Under the pieces are notes generated by a model. The model had not been told where the DNA came from. It made no database searches and saw only the letters and a list, made by a program, of their open reading frames with translations. Below, piece after piece: positions 1 through 13,758 of a stretch of DNA of 64,000 nt (the stretch's first letter is position 1; each line of letters begins with the position of its first letter). This DNA is from Sphaerodactylus townsendi (Eukaryota), in NCBI RefSeq assembly GCF_021028975.2, contig NC_059430.1, forward strand, positions 31,062,001 to 31,126,000. The letters are read 5' to 3'. Made by a program: the position numbers and the translations under genes.

Positions 1-199
1 ATTACTCCATTAATCTTTCCAATCCCCTTTCAAACCATCTATGCAAGTGACTGTCACTATATGCACTGCTAGTTCGAACAGTCAATTTTTATTTGCTACT
101 TCTCTCCCAGTTGAGAATTAAAGAACTTACATCAATAAAGTACACCATATACATGTGTGTATATGAATGCGTGTCAAAGAGCTGATTGAAATTGAATCC

Positions 200-945
200 A
201 TCGAAGGAGGTTCTGAGGGAAATTTAGGACTGGAGTGCCAGTTACCCACTCTTGATGGTGTTCAATGGACACGAGCATCAACTGTCAGGAGTTTAGGAGT
301 GACTCTGGATGCCTCCCTATCAATGGAGGCACAAGTCATGAATGTAGCCACAGTGGCATATTCATTCATTCATTCATTCATTCATTCATTCATTCATTCA
401 TTCATTCATTCATTCATTCATTCATTCATTCATTCATTCATTTTATTTATACCCCACCCTACCCCTCAAAGGAATGTGCCAGTTCTGACAACAAGTCCTT
501 TTCCTTTCTCTGCCTGACTTAGCCACTGGAATCTATTCAATGGTCACCTCCAGATTATAATACTGTAACTCGCGCTATGGAAGGTTATTCTTGAGACTGT
601 TCTGAAAACACCAGTTGGACCAGAATGTGGCAGCATGGCTCCTTATGGGGATCCCATGGAAGGCATGTATTCAGTCAGTGCTTCTCCGGCTGCAGGTGGA
701 ATACCAGATCAACTTCAAGGTTTGGGTGTTGACCTTCAAAGCTTTAAATGGTCTGGGACCATCATATCTGCAAGACTGATCTATCCCCACAAAGAGCATT
801 ATGCTCAGCAGGAAACAACTTATTGGTGGTCCCTGGCCCAAGAACCATCCAACTGTCCCCAATCATAACCAGAGCTTTCTCAGCATTGGCCCCAGCCTCT
901 TTATCTAGTGAGACCAGGATCTTGTGGGATCTGTTTGGCCTGGCC
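200..945 (+). mobile_element. L2-type LINE, degraded 3' part of ORF2
   Basis: Translation pieces LPTLDGVQ..TVRSLGVTLDASLSMEAQV and LLVVPGPR..TRAFSALAPA are typical of the L2 ORF2 C-terminus. Interrupted by a (TTCA)n tract. Confidence 0.85.
361..440. repeat. (TTCA)n microsatellite
   Basis: 20 perfect TTCA units. Confidence 0.98.
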
Positions 946-1419
946 TATGAGGACAGCGATGGTTTCCATCTAGCTGGTCTCTTTCTTTTCCCTTCCCTCT
1001 TCCCTTCCCTCATTATCATTAAATTCATGTTTATTTCCCTTTTCCTCTATTGAGTTTAGTTGTTCTTATGCCCTTTTGTTCCACCCCAGACGTACCCATC
1101 ATTGTATCTGTTTTATGACACCATCAGCATTTTTAATGTTGAGTAATACTGAAGATTTTAACTGAAAATGTGTGATTTTAATTGCTGCTGTAAGCCACCC
1201 TGAAGGTAGGTTAAAAACCCCCAAAAGAAACAAACACACAAACTGTACTGTGTATCACGAGTTTAGCTATCCAGTTTGCCACAGGCCACTGGGCACAATC
1301 CACAGGCCACCCACCAAGAGCTCTTGTGCCTCAGGGCCCATGCCTCTGGCCATGCCCAATATTTATTCCTGCAGGTTTGGAAAAAGAAGAACAAGCAACA
1401 GCACTGCTTAGATGGGGCT

Positions 1420-2790
1420 GCTGGCAGTCATGTTTCTTCTAATGAGCTCTCCATGCAATAAATTCCACAATTTAATGTCTTGTTGAGTAAAGAAGTGTTT
1501 TCTTTTGTCTGTACTGAATGTATTACCCATCAGCTTCACTGAGTACCCCTGAGTTCTAGGATTATGGGAGAGTGAGAAAAAAAAAGTTCTCTATGGCCGT
1601 TTCCATACAGTCCAAATATCCTGGGAGGGCGGTATAAAAATCCAGTAATAAAAAATAAAAAATAAATATCCCGGTTCGTGCAAGTTTTCCACACGGAAAA
1701 CTTCTTGCCCTGCTATTGCCCCGTGATAGTTCCCGTATCCTGGGGTTTTCAAAAATTGCCAAATTGGCTATTCTTTTCAAATATCCCAGGGTGACCCCGC
1801 TGCCATGCAAACACCATGGGAGCAGAACCGGTTTATTTTTACTGCCTCTCCGCTCTGGTCGACCAATCAAGAGGCACCGCATTTTTGTGGGGGTGACCAC
1901 AACCCATCATGGTCCTTGGGCAGGAAATGGCCAATTTGAATCTAGTGGTATTAGGGAGTGGTCGACAGAAGGCGGGTGCCAGCAATTCAAAAAACAGGGC
2001 AGAGATGTTCATTCAAGCTGCTGCCCCCAAACAACAGCCAATCAGACTGTGGGACATGGGGTGGTGGTGGGGATGTTTGCGCATGCAGAGATGCCCTTGC
2101 GGTGTAAATACAAAAGACCCGGGCTTGTGCGGAACAAACTACAGTATTTCCTCCCAGTCCTAATTCGGCTCCTGAAAAGAAACAGGCAGCCATGCAGAGG
2201 GAGAAACTGAAATAAAATAGACCCGGTTTGTATGATACCGGTTCTAACCCAGTATAATTGTGCTGTGCGGAAATGGCCTCTATCTGCTCTATCTACCACA
2301 TGCATAATTTTATAAACCTCCATCACATCTCCCCTCAGTCATCTTTTTTTTAAAACTGAAAAATCCTAGACTCTTTAGTTTTTCTTAATGGGAAGATATC
2401 GTTCCCAAAACTTGGCATGGTATTCCAAATGAGTTCATATCATGGGGGACATTACAATATTGGCTGTTTTATTTTGAATGCTTTTTTAAAGAACCCCTAG
2501 CAGGGAATTTGTCTTATTTCTATCACTGCCATACACTGAGTTGACATTTTCATCAAGCTGTTCCCTACAACCCGAAGATCTCTTTCCCTCTCAGTTCCTG
2601 CCATCAACATACATTTAAAGTTTAGATATTCTTTTGTTCTGAAGGGCATCACACCTTTCGTTTACCCACACATTGAATTTTGTCTGTCGCACTATTGTCA
2701 ATTCACCCAACCCCAAGATATCCTCTTGGAGTTGTTCATAGTCAGCCTTGGTTTTCACCATCCTGAATAATTTGCCTACAACTTGGCTGT
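1420..2790 (-). mobile_element. CR1 LINE fragment, split by a MITE at 1595-2278
   Basis: Minus-strand translation includes EVYKIMHVVDRADR, CR1 ORF2 C-terminal character. The sequence resumes across the MITE. Confidence 0.8.
1595..2278. mobile_element. PIF/Harbinger-type MITE
   Basis: TIRs GGCCGTTTCCATACAG / CTGTGCGGAAATGGCC; 3-bp flanks TAT/TCT; nested in CR1. Confidence 0.8.
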
Positions 2791-3069
2791 GGGTTAACAG
2801 TCATCTTTTTCTGAGCATGTGTTACTCAGTTAATTTATACATTTGTGGTCCGTTTTCATCTCCCACAGAACCCGAAGCAGCTTAGAACAAATACAGTAAA
2901 AGAAACACAAGAATGAATTGTAACTTGGGCTTTTGCCTTTGGTTCATATGTCCTGGCCACCCCATATCCCTGAAACTGGGCGATTAAAAAAAAGATATTA
3001 CAGGTTACAGAAGATATTACAGGTTATAGAACCTCTCAATCAGCCCTTCCAGTAGTAGCCTTCTCTAGA

Positions 3070-3250
3070 CATATTTTTCAATACATAGCCATCATTATTA
3101 CATGGTATGCACATTCAGAATACATTGACACTTTTCTCAGTCTTCTCGTGACCAAATTGCTCCTAATCTCTGCTGCCTCCAAGATTCATTTTCTTCAGTT
3201 TTTTTGTTCGTTTTTGGCCTGACAGATAAGACACTTGCTGAAATTAACAT
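3070..3250 (-). pseudogene. Old DNA-transposon protein fragment, possibly an Academ-like N-terminus
   Basis: Frameshifted translation VNFSKCLICQ / LEAAEIRSNLVTRRLRKV / AYHV / YVLKN resembles the CxxCQ...YH N-terminal module of large DNA-transposon proteins. Family assignment is from memory. Confidence 0.35.
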
Positions 3251-3619
3251 GACATTCTTCTCATGACTCTCTCAGAATTGCATTCCTTCTCCCCACATGA
3301 TCTGCAGTGGTCTTACTGCATCAATCTGAAAAGCGAAACAGAAAACAAAAATAGATACTTGTGAGTTTGACAGCAAAAGTAATGAACACACAACAACAAA
3401 TAAAATGGCAGTTCAGAAGTTGCCAATGATTAAAATAATACACAGTAAATAAAAGACTGTGCAATGGACTGAGCAATTTGAAACCTAATAAAGCCTAATA
3501 AAGGTCAGTTGAAGTTGAATTTGAAACCATTAATTAATTAACATATATAACACAATAATTATAAATGGAAAGGAGGGTCAGTATGAGAATGCCAAATGAA
3601 ACATAACCATCTTTGCCCG

Positions 3620-4300
3620 CTTGTAGAAGACAATCACAGAGGGAGACAGGCAAAGTTGTCTGAGGAGGGAGTTCCACAGCCTACGTCAGTGGTGGTGAAC
3701 CTTTGGCACTCCAGATGTTATGGACTACAATTGCCATCAGCCCCTGGCAGCATGGTCAATTGGCCATGATGGCAGGGGCTGATGGGAATTGTAGTCCATA
3801 ACATCTGGAGTGCCAAAGGTTCGCCACCACGGGCCTACGTGGTGTGACTGAAAAGGCCCTTTCTTGAGTTACCACCTATCTAACATCAAATGACACAAGT
3901 CCCTGAAGCTGAAGATGGCCATCATTGTTGGGTAGGTTCATATGGGAGGAGGGCATCTTTAAGGTATGCTGATCCAAACTCATATAGGGCTTTAAATGTC
4001 AGTGAGACAAAGAAACAAATTGGGAAGCAGTATAAATGGAATAAGACTGGATTATATGGTCATTACAACTGACTCTAGTCTAGCTTTATCTCAGCATTCT
4101 GTGATAATGTTAGTTGGCAAAAATTCTTCAAGGGGAGCCCCACATAGAACACCTAGGAAAGGCTGCAGCTGGCTCACCAGCCGAAGTTGCTAAGCAACAC
4201 TCCCAGCTACCACTACCATCTGCTTATTTAACAGGAGGCCCATGTTCAACAGCACTTTCAAACTACCAACCTGCTCCTTTAGGGGGAGTGTAGCCCTAAC
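3620..4300 (-). mobile_element. L2 LINE fragment
   Basis: Reverse-complement L2 3' hallmarks (GGGAGTTCCACAG, GAAAAGGCCCT, TAGGGCTTTAAA). Confidence 0.7.
3687..3832. mobile_element. Palindromic hAT (Charlie-like) MITE
   Basis: Near-perfect 146-bp palindrome with an exact 8-bp TSD GCCTACGT. Confidence 0.92.
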
Positions 4301-4441
4301 CCAAATAGGACATGTGGTGTGTTTCCATCTGTGTATTATTCCTGCAGGAAAATTTGCATGAAAAGGGGTTGGTACAATGAATAGGAAGGTACTGGCTTTC
4401 CTTAAGAGCTGTGAAAGCCCTTAACTGTCTCCTGTCTCTTA

Positions 4442-4582
4442 GGCTCATTCCACACATGCAGAATAATGCACTTTCAAACTGCTTTCAATGCTCTTCGAAG
4501 CTGTGCGGAATGGCAAAATCCACTTGCAAACAGTTGTGAAAGTGGTTTGAAAACGCATTATTTTGCGTGTGCGGAAGGGGCC
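4442..4582. mobile_element. Short Harbinger-type MITE
   Basis: TIRs GGCTCATTCCACACATGCAGAATAATGC / GCATTATTTTGCGTGTGCGGAAGGGGCC; flanks TTA/TTT. Confidence 0.8.
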
Positions 4583-4595
4583 TTTGGGTTGTAAT

Positions 4596-4792
4596 CAGAG
4601 GTGGGATCCATCCAACCAGTTCTCACCACTTCTCTAGAAGTGGTTACTAATTTTTTCTGAGTGCCGAGAAGGGGTTACTAAAGCAACCTCCCTGTCCAAT
4701 AGGGACTGGAGGTGCGTGTGTGCGGTGGCCCCACTGTTTGAATCCCACCACCATCGGAACCTGTTATTAAAATTTTTGGGATCCCACCACTG
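4596..4792. mobile_element. hAT-type MITE
   Basis: TIRs CAGAGGTGGGATCC / GGATCCCACCACTG; exact 8-bp TSD GTTGTAAT. Confidence 0.92.
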
Positions 4793-5627
4793 GTTGTAAT
4801 GAACTATATAATTTGGGCTTGTTGCATGTATATAATAGTCTGGTCTACACATCTAGGTTATCTTGGGATGCAGATTTCTGAGATGGTAGAATGGATTTAG
4901 TACGTCAGACTCAACAGAAAGCTCTTTTTTTTTTAAATGAAAGGCTCACTGTAAGTATAAATTTAGCATAGCAGAGAAGAGGCTGGGTTGGAACCTTTTT
5001 CTCCCTAGTTCTCATTTTCTACTTGCAGGGAGTATTCTGGCATGTGGACATATTAAAAAATGGTACTTCGGCCTGCAAAAGACCATTCTACAATCCACTC
5101 TACTGCCTCATTCTGTTGCAGATGTAGACCTGGCCCACTTGGTTAATCAAATTTTTGCCCACAGCTGCCCATTTATGCACCAAATTGTAGGGTTGCCTGC
5201 CACTGTTCAAAGTATTGAAGAAAAAAGCCTGCTGGCATCGTGCATGGTATAAAGTCACTCCCAAGGAAAGCCAGAAGTGACATCACATAGTTCTATGCTC
5301 TGTCTCAGAAAAAGATGTTAGTGCGGTCAGTTGTGATGCAACAGCGAAGAAAATTGCATGCATCCGCATTAGAATATAGTCCCGAAAGAATATGAGAATT
5401 ATTCATTTTTATGTGCTTCCTTTGTCAAAACCATTATTTTGTGCATTATTGAACATGATACTGTGATACAAGAGCATTTATGGATCACTGAATGACTATC
5501 ACCAATACTTACCTTTTGCAAACTGTGTCATTCCTAGGTAAGCACTAGGACCCAGGTAGAGTATTCTATAACAAAGAACGTTTGGCATGTTGAGTTCTGT
5601 GGCAGAGGAATATACAACCCTACCCTT

Positions 5628-6130
5628 GGCCGTTTCCGCATGGCCTCCCTGTCGCCTCCATGCTGGTGAGAATTCCGCCGGCGTGGAGGCGAAGGCCATT
5701 CGCATGCACGCATGCGGACGGCCTCAGCAGAGGCCGGCAAACGGCAGGCGGCTCCGCACGGAGTTAAATCTTTTTTCGTTTGTCCGGTCAGCCGGCTGGT
5801 CGTCGAAGTTTCGCCGACGCTGCCCTCCGACCTCCAGGGGTCGGAGGACAGCTTACGGGCTTCGACGGCCAGCAGGCGACGACGGGGACAAGGTGAGTGG
5901 GACGGGGCAGGGAGACAGCGTGTTCCCGGCAGCGCGGTTCGCACCGTGCCGCCGGGAAGACGCTTTCCCCCCAACAACAACCCTTTAAAGAGTTGTTGTT
6001 TAGGGCGGCCTGACGCCGCCCTGGGGGAGGGGGAGGGCAGTCAGGTCGGCGCTGCCTGTGCGAACGGCGGCCTGGGGGCGGCGTTTTTACCGCCCCCAGG
6101 CCGTCGTTTTTGGCCCATGCGGAAAGGGCC
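5628..6130. mobile_element. GC/CpG-rich Harbinger-type MITE, same family as 55484-56035
   Basis: TIRs GGCCGTTTCCGCATGG / CCATGCGGAAAGGGCC; internal palindrome AACAACAACCCTTTAAAGAGTTGTTGTT; flanks CTT/ATT. Confidence 0.88.
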
Positions 6131-6989
6131 ATTGTCTCTTTTTTCTGAGACAGACTATAGTAATCACCAGCAACAATATGGTTTTACCTTAGCGTTTCTG
6201 GTACTTTCTAGAGCAACATGCCACTTCTGGTTTCCCTCAAATGTCACTGCCTCCAAACTCCCTCCAGTTACCAGATGTGGGCTGGCAACCATATTGAATT
6301 GTATTGTTTGTGGTAGTGGCTTTTATCTATTGTATTAGAACTTCGGCTCCTGTTATTTAACAAGATACACCTACATAACAACATAGCTCCATCCTCTATT
6401 CTGACATTATCTAAGCCATACTTGTTAGGGATTCTTTTTGCAAAATGAAAGTATAGTTGTTTCTTCAGGCTTTTGTATAGCTTGCTGATCAAGCATCAAT
6501 GTTCTTAGAATTTGGATTATCATTATATCATCCTACTAAAGAAGGGCTAAAATTAGGAGAGGTAGAAGGCAGCTGTTTGTGTTTGTTTCATTTTTAGAAA
6601 AAATGTGTACAGAAGATAAATGATTTGAGCTTCTCAGAACTGAATCAACTCTGGGGACCTGTAAAGGTGTCCCATTGCTTTGGGGAGACTGATATGTTTG
6701 ACTTGAGCTGCTTTTCCACGTGCCCATCATTCAACCTATGCCTTTATCAATAAGCAGTTCATGAGAAAAGGCACAGTAATGGTCTCTAGCACTTTCTTCC
6801 CTCCAGCAAATTGGCTCTGTGAAGCTACCTCTGGAACATTACGTGGGGAGCATTAAGTACAGGTGTCTTTTCAGCATCCATGATCACAAGTGATCATGTT
6901 GCGCACTTCATAGAAAACAACTGGCATGATTTCATTATGGTTATTATTGGAAGTAAGAAGGGAGGAGGGATGTACTAGCTCTAGGTAAT

Positions 6990-7330
6990 TTGCCTCAATT
7001 TGGCAGCCAATCTACATGGCTGCCTATCAGCATTCATCCCACATTTAACTGCCTTTTCCAATAAGGAGCGGCATTATTTACAGTAATGAAGCTTCGGGGA
7101 GGAGTGGAGAGAGGAAAAGGTTACGTGGCCGCGTCCATTTGTTTTATGTCTCTTTGCCTGGCAACAGGCCCTTACCTCAAACAGCGCTTTGTTGTCAAAG
7201 GTGTGCATGCAAATTCAGTACACTCCTGTCCTGTGGAATGGGTTTATGTGTGTCTCTTGTCATAGCAAAGCAGGCTGTAATGACTCAGGTTCATGCTTTG
7301 TGGCCTAATTAAGTCAGTTCAGATCTATAA
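6990..7330. promoter_or_regulatory. Candidate enhancer-like unique sequence
   Basis: No recognisable repeat; clustered Sox (CTTTGTT 7187), octamer (ATGCAAAT 7207), AP-1 (TGACTCA 7281) and homeobox (TAATTA 7306) motifs. Motif-only evidence. Confidence 0.25.
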
Positions 7331-10300
7331 AACTTTTAGCTGACCTGCAGCTGGCTGTGCTCTGCATTTGGAGCCCAGAAACAAGTTCAACATGCATTCA
7401 ATTGGAACCTTGGAATCTGCAGAACCTAATTTTTAATCACTTGCAACACTGGGGTAAATGTAGATTTGGAGATCGTGCAGCTCAGAGAGATGCCAAGACT
7501 GTCAAGAGAATGTAGGGTTTGTGTGAAATGTAACCTTGTCTGAAACAGCATAGCCAACAAACATGCACTTGTTCCCATACATATGGGTGAGGATAGAATG
7601 GTCCCAAAGTGTTGCAAAAAGTGTTGCCCCATTATCTTTTCCAAAACTCACTGTAGAGCCTTAAAATGCATTTTTCCCTTGACAGCTGTTGTTTGGGAAC
7701 TATTGGAGAGAGCCAATCTTCATTTCCTCCTGTGCTCACCATCATGTATAGTGCCAAAATTCCTAGATGTATCAACCTGTCCCCTTCTCACCTACTATAG
7801 CTTGCAGGAGTAGGAGGTCCTCCACTTCTTTGCTGTCCTCTCCCCATCTATATCCTCGCACATACATTACAAAAGAAACATGACAACAAACAAGTTTGTG
7901 ACACCCACCCCACTTCCATTCTTCTCTGTCTCACAGCAGGTAGATGCAAAATATTTCCCCTGCCTCTCAACCTACCACACTTGTACCTCTTGATTGCAAA
8001 CTGGCTTAGATAACTAGAAATGGCGGTTTTGTAGCAGCTGAAAGCCCACCCCTAAGCAAGTGAAATACTGCGATGATTGGCAGAAAATGGAGGGGGGAAG
8101 TATTTGGAATAATCCTTTTTGTCAGGAACTCTTCCACCTGGATGGCATGGCGGTCAGTCATATATTTCCTGATCCTGATTTGCTTTTTTCCCTGGCTCTC
8201 AGTTCCTCGTCCTTTCTCTCGTAATGTGGCACTAAAATTCTTAACAAGCTAGAAGGTTTTATGTTGGATTAGGAACATTGTTGATGTTTACCAAAGGGTG
8301 TGTGGTTTTGGTTGGCTCATCAGAAATAAAGTTTGAAATGTATTTATTTATGTGTTTAAAACATTTGTATGCTGATTTTCCATGCAACTTGGCACCCCCA
8401 AGGCAGCAAATAATTGAAACATTAAAACAAGCTTTAATACACATACAGTTGACAGACATGTCTGTGTCTACAACTCCTGGAAGACTGTAGGGTGGGGCAT
8501 GGGGAAAAAGATCTCTTTGACACATTGACCAGCATTGGGATAGACTCTGTAGTAAAAATCCTAATGACTGGCAAAATCCTACCATGGTAATGACATATTT
8601 TCCAGATTTCCAAATGTCAACCACGTCAACAACCCCAGTATTCCCCACCCCTAGCCACTCATTTGAGCACCCAGGGGCATGGGGAAGCAGCAGTAAGAGA
8701 TTCTCTGCCCAAACTTTGTAAGTGGCAACTCTATGAATACATACATACAATTAAAATTAATTAAACAAAACACACTCAAGTGGAAAGGAGAGTCAGTGGG
8801 GATCACTGAAAAATAGAAAAGTCCTCACACGCTGGCAGAAAGCAATGGCAGACAAACATCTAACTGTGCTGCTTATTAAACTTTCATATCCCAGTGCTGG
8901 TTACTTTATAGAATGATTTTTACTGCCAGCAAAATACTGGATCCTTGGAAATCCTACAGGTAAATTTAGTTGTTTAACTTTTATCAACAAACCATATGGA
9001 TTGAGTTCCCAATTTCTACATGAAGTTTTGTTGATTCGGGTCACTATGTATACTATTCTAACTCTCCAGCAAATCTCAGGCCAAAAATATTGCAGATTAC
9101 AGACACTACAGAAAAAATGCAGGAGATGTTGAAAAATTCATAAACCTGCCATTCTCTCCCAAAGCACCTCACATATTGTGACATGTTTATTAACCGAATA
9201 CTGACATAAACTTGAGTTCACCAAAATAATTTGAATGTATAAAATAAAGGTACTTAGGTCTCACTTTTAAATAAGAAACATCCAGGCAAACATCTGAAGG
9301 AAAATCCTTTTTTTTTTTTGCATCTTTGTAAATCTAAAGGGTTTCAAACTTTGTAAGTGCAAAATAAATGCATGAGGGAAACCTAAAAAGCCCTATTTTT
9401 AGCCCAGCTATGGGAAGAGGAACAATTCCTCTCTCACCTCAGAATATCTCCATGCTCAGTTGCAGATAGAAACTGATTTTCACCTGCAAAGAAAAAAATG
9501 CAGAGTCATGCTATGCACAAACTAAAAATATCAAGTGAGAAAGCACTTCATAAACTCTGGCTGATCTTCTAACTTCCTTGAAGTTACTTTGTCAGCTGGA
9601 AACCATCACATAAAAATACTTCAAGCATATTTTATTAGTGATTGCAACAATGCATGTTTGTTATGCTGGGGAATTCAATTAAGAATATTCAAATTCTTTA
9701 CAATGATTATTCATTTTGATTTTCAACCTCCAGGGTAGAAATTAAAGAAACAGGTGTACTTAAAAGTTAGTCCCATGTTATTCAATGGGACTTAACTCCC
9801 AGGAAAGTGTTGTTAGGGTGGTAGCTAAGACTCTTGTTTGGAATCTAAGAACAGATGGTTTCTTTTTTTTTTTTGCAAAAACTAGGAAAAGTATATGCAG
9901 CTGTTCTACACCAAGTCAGAGCGTTGGTCCATCTAACTGTCTACTTCAGCTCCCCCCTTTTTGAGCCTGTGGGCACCTTTGAGATTCTGACACAGGGTGG
10001 TGGCTGTAACCAGGGCTGTTTTAACAGCACTATATGCCCCCGGCAAAGCAGTGCACAGGGCCCCCTACCTATGCAACTACTATGTACACATACATGCATG
10101 TATTGGTTACAGAGGTGATGTAATATTAAATCAGAGGTGAATACCAATGTCCACATATTATCATAAAATTAACATTAATATTGCTCATAATCTTTAGTAA
10201 AACATGTGCTCCGTATACATTTTCCAATAACAAATCTTTATAGTTTAGTATGGTGTAGTATTTATTTATTTATTGACAGCAAGTCACAACATACATACAT

Positions 10301-12671
10301 TAGCATAGGGCCCTATGTGCTGCCCAGTGTGCCCTCTGTTAACACATCCCTGGCTGTAACCACAAAATGGTGGCCTCAGGAGGCAAGTCAACCACGAACT
10401 CTTATATGCAGAAATTCTAACAGAAACTCTTCAACATTTCAGGCAGCAGCTGGTTAACATATGAACATACACTGTTAAAATATTTTCTAGCACATAAACA
10501 CGCACAGAGCTTCTCTTTTGTCACACAGGAAAGATTCTAGTCTAGTGCTAAAGAGGCAGCTGCTGCCAAATCAACATTAAAAAAAACTTTGCACAGCTAA
10601 CCAGATCACCAGTAGCCAATCGGAAGCCATGCTGGGCAAAAACACTAGATAGGCACTAAGAAAGGTATTGGCAGGTGCCTTTGTGCCCACAGGGGCCATG
10701 TTCAGGACCTCTGGTCTCCTTTGACTGGCAATGGCTCTCCGGTATTGCAGAGGAGAATTTCCAAACATCTGTTACTTGAGATTGTTTAACTGGAGATAAT
10801 TGTTTACTCTTTAACCTGGGAGAAAGAGAGAGACAGAGAAAAAAAAGCTAATGTCTAAAAGTGTACATACCAAATATATACGTGAACCACACAACTTGTT
10901 GACAGTAGATTTATTAACTTTTAACTTGAACACAAGTATCTACAAATACTTGTAATTCTATGCACACTTCCTTGGGAGTTAATATAAAGACTATCCCAGC
11001 TGGAGTCTGCACAGCATATGTATAACAGGTTGTAGTCATTATAAAGGAACCCATTTCCCTTTTTTCTCGTTCACATGCATGTCGTTCAGGCAGTGGTTGG
11101 AGCCCATGGAAACAATCCGGGTTGCTTTTGCCGCCTTCTCCTGGAGATGCTTCTCTTTTTTAAAAAAAATAATAATAATCCTGCAATTTATGTGTATGCA
11201 CAGGCATACAGAAACGAACCCACGCAGCCATGTTGATCCTCCCACAATACGAACTGTTGCACCTGTGTAGCTGCACATGTACAACACACAAAATTAACAA
11301 AAAAAAGAACAATGGCAGGGCAATAATGAAGGTGTTGCTGTAGATCAGTCATGCTGCCACAGGGCGAAAATGTGCTTGGGGGACTTTGCACCCCAGTGGA
11401 CGCTCAGAGAATCTGCCCACAACCTGAATATCAGGCTGCCAGATTCTCCATGACAGTGGACAGCATGCAGTTTAAAGTGAACGGGTAAAAGGGAGGGAAA
11501 TAAAGCGTCTCCTGCCTGGCCATTCGCACAGGAGTGGCTCCAACCCAGGATTTTGTAAAAGAATTGCTGGTTTCATGATTTTCAAAAATCCTGGGTTGAG
11601 AAAACAAAAATGGGGCAAACTCATTTTGGGGATGAGACCTGTTCAAAGTCCCCCCCCCCCCTTCCCCAAAGGTTTCTATTGCACTCTACATCTGTTATTT
11701 TTGTGCAGAATCCACCACAGTTTTTCCCCTGCTTTTTACCTTTTAAGAGCTCTACGTCTTCTGATTCATTCAGGGAAATGCCTGATTAACTGCTGGCTTT
11801 TATATTCTCAGAAGGAGTGTGGCCTTTTTTCTCCTGTTCTGTTTGGTTTTCCTTCTCTGTTCAAGAATGCTGAATGCTTTGTTGTATCCTGAAATCTGTT
11901 TTGCACCCAAGTCCATGTAATCCAATTAAGTCTGTAATATCCTGTATTCTATTTTAAGATTTTACAAGCTGTAGACAGAGACTTTTCCATTATGTCCTGA
12001 AACACCTTCCCCCCCCCCCCCCCCCGGGGGATAACATTCAACCTAACGTTCTGGGTAACTCAAAAACTGATATACTCTTATTTACATTTTGGCTGGCCTT
12101 TATAAAAAGGTGCTACATGACTTTTGTTGCTGTACATTTGCATAGAATTAGGTTGAAGTACCTGCAGCCTTGTATTAATATCCTGGGTATACCAGCAGGC
12201 CAGAATCTGAAGAGCTACGTGAGGCATTTCCCATAGTTTGCAGGTTCCAATGCAGATGTACCAGCCAGGTGAGATTTTGAGAAAGATACTAATTTCACAG
12301 GAAGATTCAGCTCCCTGCTATATTCAAAGTCTTACACACTCACACACATATATTCGAAGAGAATTTGGTGCAGTTGTTTTATCATAAGTGGAGACATGTA
12401 AGCTCCCATTTGCAGCTAGTAGCATATCCATGAGAATCTGATTATGTGGGTGAGTGCACATCCAATTACCCTGTCTGACCTCCTGCACTATCATCCCTGG
12501 TCCAGTGGAATTTTCTCTTCAATTTTTTTATTTAATAACTTGAAGAATTCTACACTGAGAGGATGGTGGAGGAAAATGCATCAGTGACATCAGCTATTTT
12601 TTGTAGATACCAGAGATGTTGGTATATATGTTAATTTTCTCATGTGTAGCCTTGGCATGCATGTGTGTATT

Positions 12672-12930
12672 AAGTGCTGTCAAGTTGCTTCCAACTCATG
12701 GATGCTGTAAATCAATGTCCTTCAAAATGACCTATTGTTAACAGCCTCACTCAAGTCTTGCAAACTGAGGGCCATGGCTTCATTTATAGAGCCAACCCAG
12801 CTAATGTTGGGTCTTTCTCTTTATCTGCCTCCTTCAACTTTTCTTAGCATTATTGTCTTTTCTAGTGACTCCCATCTTCTCATAATGTGGCCAAAGTATG
12901 ACAGCCCCAGTTTAGTTATTTTAGCCTTGG
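12672..12930 (-). mobile_element. RTE/BovB-like LINE 3' end
   Basis: Minus strand encodes AKITKLGLSYFGHIMRR...LEKTIMLRKVEG, the RTE C-terminus, followed by the BovB-type 3' tail. Confidence 0.85.
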
Positions 12931-13353
12931 AATATGCTACACTTATTTGAGAATAACCAGACTACCAGAATTATACCCCTGCCCCCACCCCCCAAGATAT
13001 TGGAATAAAGAAAATAAATGGAAGAATCCAGTGCCAGTGAAGAGCTGTACAGTGATTTAGCTGAATATTGACATAATAGAAAATTAGTCTTCTGCCTTTC
13101 TGTGCCATCCAGCAGAGCCTCAGATGTACAGAAGATGCTATTTAGTGCAGGACAAGGATACTCTCTATGCAAATTTGTGGCTCAGAAAAATTATAATACC
13201 ATAAAGGTTTTGAAGAGTAATGAATTAAGACCAGACTTTTGAAAGGTATATCTTTGTCCTGAGAACAGGGAGAGAGAGAAAGACTGTGGAGCAATTTATG
13301 AATGTGTGCTGTGTGGTTTCCGGGCTGTATGGCCGTGTTCTAGCAGCATTCTC

Positions 13354-13396
13354 TCCTGACGTTTCGCCTGCATCTGTGGCTGGCATCTTCAGAGGA
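13354..13396 (-). ncRNA. Minimal type I hammerhead ribozyme, pLTR copy 1
   Basis: Minus strand UCCU-CUGAAGA-stem II-GAAA-CGUC-AGGA: intact CUGANGA, GAAA and GUC core with a palindromic ACGU stem III. Confidence 0.85.
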
Positions 13397-13715
13397 TCTT
13401 GCGGGTCGTGTGGATTCTCTCACGTAAAAGCGTATGTTCTAGGTGGTTATAGATGCGGTGAGCCTGTGGTGTTTTGAAAGTCCTTTTGGCTGCAAGAAAT
13501 GATGGGATAGTACCTGTGTCGCTGCAGCGTAGAAGAAAGGTTAGAGAACACAGTAAGTGTGCTTTCCTGAGCCGTAGTTTTTCCAATTTCCATGTGACTT
13601 GGAACAATTTCTCCCTGTAGAGATGTTCAATGTATTGTCGAAGGCTTTCACGGCCGGAATCACTTGGGTGCTGTGTGGTTTCCGGGCTGTATGGCCGTGT
13701 TCTAGCAGCATTCTC

Positions 13716-13758
13716 TCCTGACGTTTCGCCTGCATCTGTGGCTGGCATCTTCAGAGGA
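13716..13758 (-). ncRNA. Minimal type I hammerhead ribozyme, pLTR copy 2
   Basis: Identical to copy 1, 362 nt away. Confidence 0.85.

Noticed and set aside
5499-6338. Overlapping 110-250 aa ORFs here and at 39900-40455, 41456-42158, 45517-46172 and 55233-56170
   Set aside because: All lie in GC-rich repeat blocks, mostly MITEs with TIRs and TSDs, where stop codons are rare.
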